DNA of 64,000 nucleotides from Candidatus Bathyarchaeota archaeon (GTDB lineage Archaea > Thermoproteota > CALKCG01 > B24 > DRYS01). The notes under the pieces are model-generated. The model saw only the letters and a list, made by a program, of their open reading frames with translations, did no database searches and was not told the origin of the DNA. Of this stretch, positions 39,221-49,652 are shown in pieces (position 1 is the stretch's first letter; each line of letters starts with the position of its first letter). The stretch lies in contig JAGTQC010000005.1 of the NCBI GenBank assembly GCA_018396535.1, positions 94,523-158,522 on the forward strand, given 5' to 3'. The translations under genes were made by a program, and so were the position numbers.

Positions 39221-40248
39221 AGTTTAAGATAGCTTTAATCCCAGGTGATGGTATAGGTCCCGAACAGCTCTCCGTATCTATGAATATACTCTACAAGCTA
39301 CCGAAGCTATATGGTTTAGACGTAGAGTATATAGAGGTTGAAGCTGGAGATGGATGTAAAGCTAAGAGAGGTATAGCTCTACCCGATGATACTTTAAACA
39401 TCCTGAAGGAGTCTCATGCATGTCTTAAAGGCCCTGTAGGCGAGACCGCGGCAGAGGTTATCGTACGTTTAAGACAGCTCTTCGATCTATACGCTAACGT
39501 GAGACCTATAAAATCCTATCCGATACCTATCCCTCCACTTAGGAGCGATGTCGATTTCGTGATAGTAAGAGAGAATACAGAGGATGTGTATCGAGGTTTA
39601 GAGTTTAAACTTACACCGGATATAGCTATATGTTTAAGGATCATATCTAGAAGAGCTTGTGAGAGAATAGTTAGGTATGGATTCGATCTAGCTATGACTA
39701 GGAGGAAAAAGGTTACGGTAGTACATAAATCGAACGTTATGAAGATTTCAGATGGTTTATTCGCAGAGATTTCTAGGAGTATAGCTAGAGAGTATCCGTC
39801 CGTATCTCTAGAGGAGATGTATGTGGATGCAGCTGCATACCATATAATAATGGATCCTAGGAGGTTTGATGTCATAGTTACGACGAATATGTTCGGGGAT
39901 ATATTATCGGATGAAGCAGCCGCTCTTATAGGAAGTCTAGGTTTAGCCCCCTCTGCTAATATAGGTGAGAATTTCGCTCTATTCGAACCTGTACACGGCT
40001 GTGCACCAGATATAGCTGGTAAAGGTATAGCTAACCCTTGCAGTCTTATACTCTCTGCATCTATGATGTTCATATGGCTTGGCAGAAGGTATAATGTAGA
40101 GGCTTCTATAGAAGCTGGTATAGATCTAGAGAAGGCTGTATTCAATGCTTTAAGTGAAGGATATGCTACACCAGATATCGGTGGGAGATATAGTAGTAGA
40201 GAGGTAGCTGAAGCTATAGCTTCTAAGCTTAAGGGGTATGAGTATTGA
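39217..40248 (+). CDS. leuB: 3-isopropylmalate/homoisocitrate dehydrogenase
   Basis: GDGIGPE, YANVRP, RENTE, HKSNV, NMFGDILSD, FEPVHG.APDIAG. Confidence 0.88.
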   Translation: MKFKIALIPGDGIGPEQLSVSMNILYKLPKLYGLDVEYIEVEAGDGCKAKRGIALPDDTLNILKESHACLKGPVGETAAEVIVRLRQLFDLYANVRPIKSYPIPIPPLRSDVDFVIVRENTEDVYRGLEFKLTPDIAICLRIISRRACERIVRYGFDLAMTRRKKVTVVHKSNVMKISDGLFAEISRSIAREYPSVSLEEMYVDAAAYHIIMDPRRFDVIVTTNMFGDILSDEAAALIGSLGLAPSANIGENFALFEPVHGCAPDIAGKGIANPCSLILSASMMFIWLGRRYNVEASIEAGIDLEKAVFNALSEGYATPDIGGRYSSREVAEAIASKLKGYEY

Positions 40249-41750
40249 GTAGTAACCGAGTACTTATATTCGATACGACGCTTAGGGATGGGGAGCAGAC
40301 CCCTGGTGTAGCTCTAACACCTGATGATAAGCTCACTATAGCTAAACAACTTGATAGACTTGGTGTAGATATTATAGAAGCTGGCTTCCCTATAACATCT
40401 AAGGGTGAGATCGAAGCTATCAAGCGTATAGCAGCTGAAGGTTTATCAGCTAAGTTATGTGTCCTAGCTAGATGCTCTAGAGAGGATATAGATGCTGCTC
40501 TAAATTGCGACGTAGACTATATACATCTATTTATAGCTACCTCGGATCTCCATCTAAAATATAAGCTTAAGCTTACTAGGGAGGAAGCGTTGAATAAAGC
40601 TATCGAGTCTATCGAGTATGCGAAATCGCATGGATTATACATAGAGTTTTCAGCTGAGGATGCGACTAGAACTGATCTAGACTACCTTGTATCCTTCTAT
40701 AAGAGTATAGCAGAAGTTGGTGTAGATAAAGTGAATATACCCGATACAGTAGGTGTAGCTACACCTAGTAGTATAACCCGTATAGTATCTAGCGTAGGTA
40801 GTGCCGTCGGTAGCATACCTATAAGCATACATTGCCATAACGATTTTGGTTTAGCTGTTGCTAATAGTATAGCTGCTGTAGAAGCTGGTGCTAGACAGGT
40901 TCATGTAACTGTTAACGGTCTAGGTGAGAGAGCTGGAAATGCTGCATTAGAAGAAGTAGCGGTAGCATTAAAAATACTATACGGATACGATATAGGAGTG
41001 AAGCTTCCCCTTATATACGAGACTAGTAGACTTGTATCTAGGATTACAGGCGTCTACGTTCAACCGAATAAAGCTATAGTAGGAGATAATGCATTCACAC
41101 ATGAATCTGGGATACATACACACGGCATACTCTCTCATCCACTAACCTACGAACCTATACCGCCAGAACTGGTAGGTAGACGTAGAAGACTAGTAGCAGG
41201 TAAACATGCAGGTAGACATGGTATTATGAAAATGCTCGAGGAAATGGGTATCAAAGTCTCTGATGACGAGCTTAAAACTATAGTAGAGAAGGTTAAGGAT
41301 CTAGGAGATAAAGGTAAGAAGGTTACAGATGCTGATCTACTAGCTATAGCTAGATCTATAACTGGCAGAGTTAAGTCTGAGGAGAGGCGTGTTAAGCTAG
41401 TAGAACTAGCTGTAGTAACAGGATCTAGAGTTATACCTACAGCTTCTGTTAAACTAGAAGTTGATGGTAAGACATATGTAGCTGCTGAAACAGGTGTAGG
41501 TCCAGTCGATGCTGCTCTTAAAACTATAGAGAAGATACTATCCCCGACAGTTAAAGCTAGGCTTAAGACCTTTAGGCTTGAAGCTATAACCGGCGGGTCA
41601 GATGCGCTAGCAGAAGTTATGATAGTGGTAGAGGATGATAGAGGTAACACGGTATCGGCTAGAGCAGCTCATGAAGATATAGTTATGGCTAGTGTAGAAG
41701 CCATGATAGAGGGTATAAATAGGCTTATATCTATTAGGAGGGAATACTGA
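40245..41750 (+). CDS. leuA: 2-isopropylmalate synthase / citramalate synthase family
   Basis: DTTLRDGEQ, HCHNDFG, GERAGN, HESGIH, GKHAG, regulatory domain GPVDA. Confidence 0.88.
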   Translation: MSSNRVLIFDTTLRDGEQTPGVALTPDDKLTIAKQLDRLGVDIIEAGFPITSKGEIEAIKRIAAEGLSAKLCVLARCSREDIDAALNCDVDYIHLFIATSDLHLKYKLKLTREEALNKAIESIEYAKSHGLYIEFSAEDATRTDLDYLVSFYKSIAEVGVDKVNIPDTVGVATPSSITRIVSSVGSAVGSIPISIHCHNDFGLAVANSIAAVEAGARQVHVTVNGLGERAGNAALEEVAVALKILYGYDIGVKLPLIYETSRLVSRITGVYVQPNKAIVGDNAFTHESGIHTHGILSHPLTYEPIPPELVGRRRRLVAGKHAGRHGIMKMLEEMGIKVSDDELKTIVEKVKDLGDKGKKVTDADLLAIARSITGRVKSEERRVKLVELAVVTGSRVIPTASVKLEVDGKTYVAAETGVGPVDAALKTIEKILSPTVKARLKTFRLEAITGGSDALAEVMIVVEDDRGNTVSARAAHEDIVMASVEAMIEGINRLISIRREY

Positions 41751-41751
41751 G

Positions 41752-42405
41752 ATTATACAGTTAATTCTTCTAGCTTTAAACTCTTTTATAATAGGTTTCT
41801 CAGGGGCTTTAGTTCCAGGCCCACTATTCGCGGTTACGGTCTCAGAGTCTGTAAGGCTTAAGAGAAACGTAGGTTTTCATATAGTTCTAGGCCATGTATT
41901 CGCCGAACTCGTACTTATCGCTATCATAGTTCCAGGTTTATCATATATTCTAGAAAGGATGGAGGTTAAAATAGCTCTAGGTATAATCGGAGGAGGCTTC
42001 CTACTCTTTACGGCCTACGGACTCATAAACTACTCTATGAAAGGCGCTGGTGGACAAATCGTATCTAACACTATATCGACTAGTAGGAATCTACCAGCAC
42101 TCGGCTTCTTAACAAGCTTCTCAAATCCATACTTCACTATATGGTGGGTTTCGATAGGTGGCCTACTTGTAGCTGAATCGTTAACGTTAGCAGGCTATAT
42201 AGGTCTGGCAGTCTTCCTTGTATCGCACTGGTGTTCAGATCTATCCTGGTATATCCTCGTCTCTATCCTATCGTATAAGGGTAGTTTAAAGTTCGGTTCT
42301 AAACTAGTGAAAGTGGTTATGTATGGATGCGGGTTATTCATAGCTATCCTCGCAGCATACTATATCATAGATGCGGTATCAGTATTATCGCATATATTAA
42401 CATAG
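41752..42405 (+). CDS. LysE-family amino acid exporter (probable ATT/ATA start)
   Basis: Frame open upstream of ATG 41959 and encodes GFSGALVPGPLF...GH...E; downstream SNPYF.IWW and H..SD..WY. Confidence 0.8.
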   Translation: MIQLILLALNSFIIGFSGALVPGPLFAVTVSESVRLKRNVGFHIVLGHVFAELVLIAIIVPGLSYILERMEVKIALGIIGGGFLLFTAYGLINYSMKGAGGQIVSNTISTSRNLPALGFLTSFSNPYFTIWWVSIGGLLVAESLTLAGYIGLAVFLVSHWCSDLSWYILVSILSYKGSLKFGSKLVKVVMYGCGLFIAILAAYYIIDAVSVLSHILT

Positions 42406-42411
42406 AGTTTA

Positions 42412-43881
42412 CTAACTATTCAATCCCATACATTTAAGCCAAGGCTTGATTACTTCAATAGATGCTCCTAACTTAGAGAGGAATTCTATGAATTTTCTAT
42501 GGATATCTACAGCTACATCCATCTCTTCAGATAGTACATTCACACTCTGTCTAGGATCTGCTCTAAGATCATAGAGTTCAGTATCTACCCTACCAAATGG
42601 TTTAAGAACTCTCGGCTCCCCATCCACTATAAACGTTATCTCCGCTTCCTCTACACATACACCCTCTCTAGGTGCGAGTATAAGAGACCATCTATCAGTC
42701 GTTATAGTAACTCTAAGACCTGCACGTACACCCTTAATCAGCGAGGGTGTAGATACGGCTATGTCTCTGATAACCCGTCTCTCCCCTCTAACTATAGGTA
42801 GAAGAGATTCGCCTTGAATATCCATGTAGCTCTTACCTTCTATACCTGCAAGCTCTAGTATGGTAGCTGTTATATCTGGGGTCTGGACTAGAGCATCTAT
42901 CTTTACACCACCATCTAATCCAAGCTTATCCGCAAATCTTATCACTAACGGTATATGCGCTACCTCCTCGTAGAGTGGAGCTAAACCATGGTATCCACCC
43001 ATTATTATGGATTTCCCTATAAGGTTATGCTCACCTAGATAGAATCCATGATCACTCGTAAATATGATGGTAGTATCATCGAGTAATCCAAGCTCATCGA
43101 TCTTATCCAATAGAAACCCAACCCATCTATCGACTAAGGTAGCTTCACCAGCATACATAGCTCTGATGTGAGTAAGCTCTTTATCTGTAAGATAACCACA
43201 CGGACCGTATGCAGGATATATAACCTCCTCCCCATCGTAACCAGGATCGTACATATCTACATACCATCTAGGAGGGTCCCAAGGCTCATGTGGATCGAAG
43301 AAATCTACGTATAGAAAGAATCTCCTATTATAATTCTCTTCAAGCCATCGTACAGCCTCCAAAGCTGTCTTAGCAGGTATCCAATCCTCCTCATACCTCC
43401 TACCATAATTATTCCTAATATGCTGTATGGTAGTCTCGACACTCCTCAGCTTCCACGGGCTACATGGAAGCTTCACATCTAGCGGGCTCGTCTTATAACG
43501 ATCGTTCTCCTGTCCTCTAATCCAGATCCACCCGTCGAACCCTCGATCAAAATTATATCCATCCTTAAGTATATGCGGTGTATCCGCTATCATCATACAC
43601 GTATAGCCAGCTTTCCTTAAGATTATAGGGAGGGTTACCCAATCCCTAGGTAGAGGAGCCCAATCAAAATAAGTAAACGTATACCTACCTGTAAACAGAT
43701 CAGCTCTATTAGGTACCGTAGGAAACGATGCATGGTAAGCTCTAGTAAACTCTATCGAATCTGAGGAAAACCTCTCGACCCTATCCAGATTAGCTACTAC
43801 CCCATCTTTAACTTGGAATCTTCTATGAAGCAGATCGTATCTAAATGTATCTGACACTATTAGTATTATGTTGCTCTGCAA
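42412..43881 (-). CDS. Sulfatase-like hydrolase (alkaline phosphatase superfamily)
   Basis: NIILIVSDTFRYD, PTVPNRADLFTG, FDPHEPWDPP, FTSDHG, ELYDL..DP. Confidence 0.88.
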   Translation of the reverse strand: MQSNIILIVSDTFRYDLLHRRFQVKDGVVANLDRVERFSSDSIEFTRAYHASFPTVPNRADLFTGRYTFTYFDWAPLPRDWVTLPIILRKAGYTCMMIADTPHILKDGYNFDRGFDGWIWIRGQENDRYKTSPLDVKLPCSPWKLRSVETTIQHIRNNYGRRYEEDWIPAKTALEAVRWLEENYNRRFFLYVDFFDPHEPWDPPRWYVDMYDPGYDGEEVIYPAYGPCGYLTDKELTHIRAMYAGEATLVDRWVGFLLDKIDELGLLDDTTIIFTSDHGFYLGEHNLIGKSIIMGGYHGLAPLYEEVAHIPLVIRFADKLGLDGGVKIDALVQTPDITATILELAGIEGKSYMDIQGESLLPIVRGERRVIRDIAVSTPSLIKGVRAGLRVTITTDRWSLILAPREGVCVEEAEITFIVDGEPRVLKPFGRVDTELYDLRADPRQSVNVLSEEMDVAVDIHRKFIEFLSKLGASIEVIKPWLKCMGLNS

Positions 43882-43929
43882 GGCTAGATGAAGTTAATAG
43901 AAACTGATACTACTTAAAGTTTTAATTCA

Positions 43930-44709
43930 TTATCTAATGCAATAAGAGTGGTATAGTTTAGCTATACTTTCTAAGATCTTCTTTAAATCATGATATTGGC
44001 ATATTTCATTCAAATAGCTAGCCATATTACTTAACTCTTCGATACAGTTCATCTTTGGATACATATTTGCCATCGATAGAATGATAGATACCAATATAAT
44101 AGCAATACTGATATCATCCATAGAATCAGAGAACCATATTATCCTAGTCGCTTTACTTAACTGATCATTTAGATACGTCTCTATATCTTCCAATCTCTCA
44201 ATCCTGCTAATATCCAAAAGTATCTTCCGCAGCTCTTCAGATAGAATCCACTGTTTATCATAGAGCTTTAATTCTTTTAGACATCTACCGCATAATCCCA
44301 TAATGCATTCAAAAACCCTAAAGCTACATAGCTTACATCTAGAAGCGAGAAGAGCTACACGATACCCTCTAGATGCGTAAACTATAGCCTTATCTAAATC
44401 TTTAATACGCTGTATAGTTAATCCCCCATCGTATGTAAAGGTTAAAGCTATACTTCCATCGTCTACTCTACCTATCTTAAGCGTAGGACTACAGATTGTT
44501 CTTTCGATACGTAGTGTTCGTATGAGTTTACAAATAGTATTGAAATCCAGTTCGTATATACCTTCTATAGGTGGATATCTAACCATATATCCTTCATCCG
44601 ATATACATGGCTGTATCGTAATATCTTTTCTATCAGTAGACTGTATAATGGATTTAAGCTTGTCTAAATACCTACCGCTACATCCATACTCTAGCTCTAT
44701 ATACGTCAT
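43930..44709 (-). CDS. Hypothetical protein with Cys cluster
   Basis: 259-aa ORF with CKLC...ECIMGLCGRC motif. Confidence 0.55.
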   Translation of the reverse strand: MTYIELEYGCSGRYLDKLKSIIQSTDRKDITIQPCISDEGYMVRYPPIEGIYELDFNTICKLIRTLRIERTICSPTLKIGRVDDGSIALTFTYDGGLTIQRIKDLDKAIVYASRGYRVALLASRCKLCSFRVFECIMGLCGRCLKELKLYDKQWILSEELRKILLDISRIERLEDIETYLNDQLSKATRIIWFSDSMDDISIAIILVSIILSMANMYPKMNCIEELSNMASYLNEICQYHDLKKILESIAKLYHSYCIR

Positions 44710-44833
44710 ATCTCTACTTTTCTAACCCTCCATCCTATAGGTCTAAGATTTAAAGTTTAATAGGTAATCTATCGTTTCAAGATGTCGATATAGAAACTAC
44801 GATAATATATTGCCAATGGTTGGTGATAGATGA

Positions 44834-45586
44834 TTGAGTATACGGGTCATAGATGCCCACTCCCATTTAGATGAGATAACAGATATACATGGAGCCATAG
44901 CTAAAGCTAAATCCTCAAATATTATAGCGATAGTAGCCGTAGGTACATGTAAAGAGTCTAATATCAAGATAGCCAGGTTCTCAGAGGTATATAGAGGCTA
45001 TGTTTACCATACCGTCGGTATACATCCATGGAATATAGAATCCCTAGATCTCGAAGAAGAATTCGAATTTCTAAAATCGTATTCACGTAACTGCGTAGGT
45101 ATAGGGGAGGTGGGTTTAGATTACCGGATAAAGACTGATAGAGATCTTCAGAAGAAGGTATTTAGCGAAGTGCTTAGTATAGCTGAAAGTAGGAAGCTTC
45201 CCGTTATAATTCATGCTAGGGCTGCATGGAGCGATGCATATAGGATGGTCAGGGAGGTAGGTATCGAGAAAGCAATATTCCACTGGTTTAGCGGCTCTGA
45301 TTCCGTTCTTAAGAAGATAGTTAGAGATGGATATCTAATCTCAGCTACACCAGCTGCATCGTATAGTCTAACCCATATAAAAGCTATCAAGCTTACTCCG
45401 ATAGAGTCTATAATAGTCGAATCGGATTCCCCGGTATCCTACCGTGGTATAGTATCTGATCCATCATGGGCTGTGAAAAGTCTTGAAGCCGTTGCTAAAA
45501 TTAAAGGTATTCGTGTTGAAGATCTAGCTGATAGAATATTGGAAAATACGTGTAGAATTTACGGAGTGAAGGTTTATAATCGTTAA
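44834..45586 (+). CDS. TatD-family nuclease
   Basis: IDAHSHL, GIHP, IGEVGLD, IIHAR, FHWF, ESDSP. Confidence 0.92.
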   Translation: MSIRVIDAHSHLDEITDIHGAIAKAKSSNIIAIVAVGTCKESNIKIARFSEVYRGYVYHTVGIHPWNIESLDLEEEFEFLKSYSRNCVGIGEVGLDYRIKTDRDLQKKVFSEVLSIAESRKLPVIIHARAAWSDAYRMVREVGIEKAIFHWFSGSDSVLKKIVRDGYLISATPAASYSLTHIKAIKLTPIESIIVESDSPVSYRGIVSDPSWAVKSLEAVAKIKGIRVEDLADRILENTCRIYGVKVYNR

Positions 45587-45628
45587 ATTTAAAGTAGCTT
45601 CCATCTTGATGATGAAGGTTGGATTTAC

Positions 45629-46129
45629 ATGGGCTACACGAGGAAGATAAGCTTCATAGCGTTAATATCATCCCTATACGCTATGTTAACGATAATCCCC
45701 GGATACCTATCATTTGGTCCTATCCAATTCAGAGTATCAGATATGCTTATACCATTATCAGCTATCTACGGATACCCGGCTTGTATAGCTGTAACTATCG
45801 GATGCATAGTTGCTAACGCATACTATTTCGTAGGCTGGATAGATGTTATCGCAGGGCCTATAGCTAACCTTATATCCTCTATCCTAATATACCATATGAG
45901 AAAACACCTTTTAATCGCTACCATCATATCAAGCTTCATTATAGGCTTTACAGTAGGTAGTTATCTATGGCTATTCTTTCCTCCTCAAGATCTAGGTATA
46001 TCGCTCCACCCATCTATACTCATAGGTCTAAGTGTATCTGCTAGTAGTCTAATAACGGTATCAGGTTTAGGATATATACTAGTAAAATCGATATCTAAGA
46101 TTCTACCTGAAAACTTGAAGAGACTATGA
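45629..46129 (+). CDS. QueT-family membrane transporter
   Basis: LYA.LT...LSFGPIQFRVSD, GC.VAN, DVI.G. Confidence 0.82.
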   Translation: MGYTRKISFIALISSLYAMLTIIPGYLSFGPIQFRVSDMLIPLSAIYGYPACIAVTIGCIVANAYYFVGWIDVIAGPIANLISSILIYHMRKHLLIATIISSFIIGFTVGSYLWLFFPPQDLGISLHPSILIGLSVSASSLITVSGLGYILVKSISKILPENLKRL

Positions 46130-46175
46130 GTGGATAATAGACGTTATCTAGCCGTATATCTAAAATTAAACGATA

Positions 46176-47165
46176 TTATACCTTAATACCTATTAGGTTC
46201 TCTAACTCCTTGAGTCTCCTACCCCTCTCCTCCACATACCTTTCTGCATCCCTCCTATACACAGGCTTACTCTTCGCTATCTCCTCATCTAGGACTTCAG
46301 GTATCCTAGTTATAGCTTCGAATACTCGCCCCGTAAAATATCGTGTAGTAATGTTTCTCCTTTTCAATTCTAAATCTATAATCTCATCGTTTAATCCCGC
46401 TAAATATCCCCCGTTAGATGCGTATGTAAACCCCCAATCCGAGCCAAAGCATGGTATATACTCCCTGGCTACTATGACATATTTGAAAACTGATTTTATA
46501 GTTGCAACTATATTGTAAAAGTGTACCTGGAATATATACTTGGAGAATGTAGGCGATTCGGATTGAACAGATAGTATACCATCCTTTGAAAGCTTTGAGG
46601 AAATCATTTTAAACGATTCATAGGTATATAATCCAGCAGATATTAGAGATACAGGATCTGTTAAATCCATTATTATAACATCGAAAGGCTCCCCACTCCA
46701 GTCCTCTATGAATCTATACGCATCCATATATACGAGTTTTACCCGTGGATCATTGAATGTGCCTCGAGAAATTTCATCTAGGTATCTCCGGCAGATATCG
46801 ACAACCATCTTATCTATATCTACTAGGTAGACTTCAACTACACTATTATACTTTAAAACCTCTCTGAGAACCCCTCCATCACCTCCTCCGAGGATAGCTA
46901 TTCTTCGAGGATTTGGATGGGCTAACATAGCTGGATGAGTTAATATCTCGTGGTATATATGCTCATCTAGTGTCGATAACTGTGGTTTTCCATCGAGTAT
47001 CAGAACTTTCCCGAATGCCGGGTGCTCGTATACTTCTACAAGCTGATACTCAGTTCTCTCTACGCATAGCGTTTTAGTGAAGGAATATGCGTGGATATAA
47101 TTCGGAGCTAGCTGCTCGATAGAGATCCTTCCTAGAATCAGGAAGTCTTGAGTAAGCATACTCAT
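46176..47165 (-). CDS. speE: Polyamine aminopropyltransferase (spermidine synthase)
   Basis: LILDG..Q, DE..YHE...HP, LGGGDGG.LRE, VDID, DVIIMDLTDP. Confidence 0.93.
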   Translation of the reverse strand: MSMLTQDFLILGRISIEQLAPNYIHAYSFTKTLCVERTEYQLVEVYEHPAFGKVLILDGKPQLSTLDEHIYHEILTHPAMLAHPNPRRIAILGGGDGGVLREVLKYNSVVEVYLVDIDKMVVDICRRYLDEISRGTFNDPRVKLVYMDAYRFIEDWSGEPFDVIIMDLTDPVSLISAGLYTYESFKMISSKLSKDGILSVQSESPTFSKYIFQVHFYNIVATIKSVFKYVIVAREYIPCFGSDWGFTYASNGGYLAGLNDEIIDLELKRRNITTRYFTGRVFEAITRIPEVLDEEIAKSKPVYRRDAERYVEERGRRLKELENLIGIKV

Positions 47166-47211
47166 AAATTTTCCATGGCAGATGTATATAAGATTTGATC
47201 TTAGGTATAGG

Positions 47212-47655
47212 TTAACCAGAGTGGCTACTCGGTATGATAGGCTCGCGTATAACTATGTTATCGGTTGTATCTCTACTCTTCCTCGGTACAGTTATGACTC
47301 CTCTTTTAAGTTCAGTAACTTTCACCCTCTCTGGTTTAAGCTTCTCGTATACTACATTGTAAGCTTTCCATGGATCCTTGCTACCGCATACAAATACGTC
47401 TAAAGCTGCATATCCGTATTCAGGCCATGTATGAATAGCTAGGTGGGATTCGCCGACTATTACAAGTGATGTTACTCCAGGTATGAAATTGTGGGTTTTA
47501 GATGCTACTATGGTAAGCTCAGCTTTTCTAGCTGCTTCGATTAGTAGCTCCTCCATTAGCTGTGGGTCGCTTAGATATCTTCTATCACATCCATACATCT
47601 CTGCTACTATATGCCTACCTAGAGTTAGTCTAGTCCCCCTCATAGCCTTCTGCAT
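47212..47655 (-). CDS. speD: Pyruvoyl-dependent S-adenosylmethionine decarboxylase proenzyme (could be the arginine decarboxylase paralog)
   Basis: GRHIVAEMYGC, GESHLAIHTWPE.GYAALDVF.CG; next to speE. Confidence 0.85.
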   Translation of the reverse strand: MQKAMRGTRLTLGRHIVAEMYGCDRRYLSDPQLMEELLIEAARKAELTIVASKTHNFIPGVTSLVIVGESHLAIHTWPEYGYAALDVFVCGSKDPWKAYNVVYEKLKPERVKVTELKRGVITVPRKSRDTTDNIVIREPIIPSSHSG

Positions 47656-47798
47656 ATTTAGATTTGCCTCTAAGATAAATTTTACTCGTAAAGCTAGAAA
47701 AGCCTGGATAAAACTTAATTTGGCTTAATAATCTTTAGTAGAAGCAGAATTAAAATTCCTAATAAAGGTTTGTTTGGCTTAAAATCGTTTATCTAGCT

Positions 47799-48743
47799 TT
47801 ATTTACCAGATAAAGCTCCTAAGACTAAAGATATTATCGACATACGCGTTAATAAGCCGTAATATACCTGCTTAAAGTAGACTGCGTTAGGCGTAGAATC
47901 TACTTCTATAGCTATCTCATCAACCCTAGGTAGTGGATGCATTATTATAGCATCCTTCTTCATCTTTGATAGAGTATCGATAGTAACCCTATATGAACCC
48001 TTAACCTTTAGATATTCGCTTTCATCAACAAACCTCTCCTTCTGAATCCTTGTGACGTAAAGTACATCAAGCTCCGGTAGTACTTGATCTATACTCTCTA
48101 GTTCCTGTACTTCTATCCTACCACTTATATGTCTCAAAACCTCCCTCCTCATTCTTAGAAGCTCAGGTGATACCAGGTATAATTTGACATCGTAGTTGGA
48201 TAAAGCATATGCTAAGCTATGAGTTGTACGTCCATACTTCAAGTCTCCTAGGATACCTATCCTAAGACCATCGATACGTTTCTTACACCTCCTTATTGTA
48301 TAAAGGTCGAGCATAGCTTGTGTTGGATGCTCTTCAGCTCCAGATCCACCGTTAATCACCGGTATATCCGCTACTTCTGCTGCAAGTTTAGCAGCCCCCT
48401 CTTTAGGATGTCTTAGTACTATTAGATCGGCGTAATTCTGTACGACTCTTATAGTATCTGTCAGTGTTTCCCCCTTTTCGATGGATGCTCTCGTAGGCTC
48501 ACCCATATCGAGTGTTAAGCCTCCAAGCTTCTTCATAGCTGCTTCAAAGCTAAGTCTAGTTCTAGTAGATGGTTCAAAGAAAAGTATAGCCATAGTCTTA
48601 CCTGATAGAAGACCTCTATATGCATCCATATTCCTCTCTACCTCATCTGCTACATCCATTATGTAATCTAGTTCTTCTCGATTGAAATCCAGTATGGATA
48701 GAACATCTCTACCTACGAAATCCTTAGGGGATACCATTCCCAT
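47799..48743 (-). CDS. pyrB: Aspartate carbamoyltransferase catalytic subunit
   Basis: FFEPSTRTRLSF, KGE.L.DT, HPTQ, GDLKYGRT.HSL, TRIQKERF, HPLPR. Confidence 0.96.
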   Translation of the reverse strand: MGMVSPKDFVGRDVLSILDFNREELDYIMDVADEVERNMDAYRGLLSGKTMAILFFEPSTRTRLSFEAAMKKLGGLTLDMGEPTRASIEKGETLTDTIRVVQNYADLIVLRHPKEGAAKLAAEVADIPVINGGSGAEEHPTQAMLDLYTIRRCKKRIDGLRIGILGDLKYGRTTHSLAYALSNYDVKLYLVSPELLRMRREVLRHISGRIEVQELESIDQVLPELDVLYVTRIQKERFVDESEYLKVKGSYRVTIDTLSKMKKDAIIMHPLPRVDEIAIEVDSTPNAVYFKQVYYGLLTRMSIISLVLGALSGK

Positions 48744-48837
48744 AAAAGTTTAACTCAGGTAAGGTTTGATTTAACTTTATCGTAGTCTTAAATCACTATA
48801 TCAAAATCGTAGTGTCTTTACTAGCTGCTTCGCTAGA

Positions 48838-49647
48838 GTGGAGGTAGAGGAAATATTGAGCTTCCATACCATAGTACTCGTTAAGCATGTCCCAGATATA
48901 GAGAAAGTTAGATTCGATGTAGAGACTGGTAGGATTGATAGAAGCTCTGCTCCAGGGGAGATAAATCCATTCGATCTTAATGCTGTAGAGGTTGCAGTAC
49001 GGTTGAAAGAGAAGCTTGGGGGTATGGTAACAGCTCTATGTATGGGTCCTCCTCAAGCAGAATCATCTCTTAGAGATGCTATAGCTAGAGGTGTAGATAG
49101 AGCTGTATTATTGACTGATTCTCGTTTTGCCGGTGCGGATACGTTAGCTACATCCTATACGCTTGCATCAGCGATAAGGAAGATAGGTAGGTTTAATCTC
49201 GTAGTTTGTGGAGAGAAGACTGTTGATGGTGATACAGGTCAGGTCGGGCCTGAGGTAGCTGAGCATCTAGGCATACCCCATGTAGCTTATGTATGTGAGG
49301 TTAGAGAAGTTTATGATAACCGTCTAGTAGTCGTATCCGATATGGGTGATAAATTCCTCGTAGAGGTTATGCTTCCAGCTCTTATAACGGTAACTAGAGA
49401 TGTCTGTTCTCCAAGACTCCCGACCTTGAGGGATATATTGAGAGCTCGGAGATCTAGGATAGAAGTATGGGATGCTGATGCATTATCAGGGTTTATAGAT
49501 ATCTCTAGGATAGGGCTTAAAGGCTCGCGTACGAATGTTTTCAGGATAGTTATACCATCAGAATATCATAGGCGTGGCGTCATATTGAGGGGTAGCGATT
49601 CTGTTAGTAAGCTTGTAGAAGCCTTACGTATGGAGGGGTTGATATAG
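48838..49647 (+). CDS. etfB: Electron transfer flavoprotein beta subunit
   Basis: KHVPD, INPFD, MGPPQA, FAGADTLATS, DGDTGQVG. Confidence 0.92.
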   Translation: MEVEEILSFHTIVLVKHVPDIEKVRFDVETGRIDRSSAPGEINPFDLNAVEVAVRLKEKLGGMVTALCMGPPQAESSLRDAIARGVDRAVLLTDSRFAGADTLATSYTLASAIRKIGRFNLVVCGEKTVDGDTGQVGPEVAEHLGIPHVAYVCEVREVYDNRLVVVSDMGDKFLVEVMLPALITVTRDVCSPRLPTLRDILRARRSRIEVWDADALSGFIDISRIGLKGSRTNVFRIVIPSEYHRRGVILRGSDSVSKLVEALRMEGLI

Positions 49648-49652
49648 AAGGT

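Noticed and set aside
41741-41770. BHL-like hairpin ACUG/CAGU at the leuA-lysE junction
   Set aside because: Bulge is 2 nt and excision would not create a start codon or fusion
45587-45628. preQ1 riboswitch or C/D box RNA before the QueT gene
   Set aside because: Spacer is short; ATGATGA has no matching D box and no preQ1 aptamer features are visible
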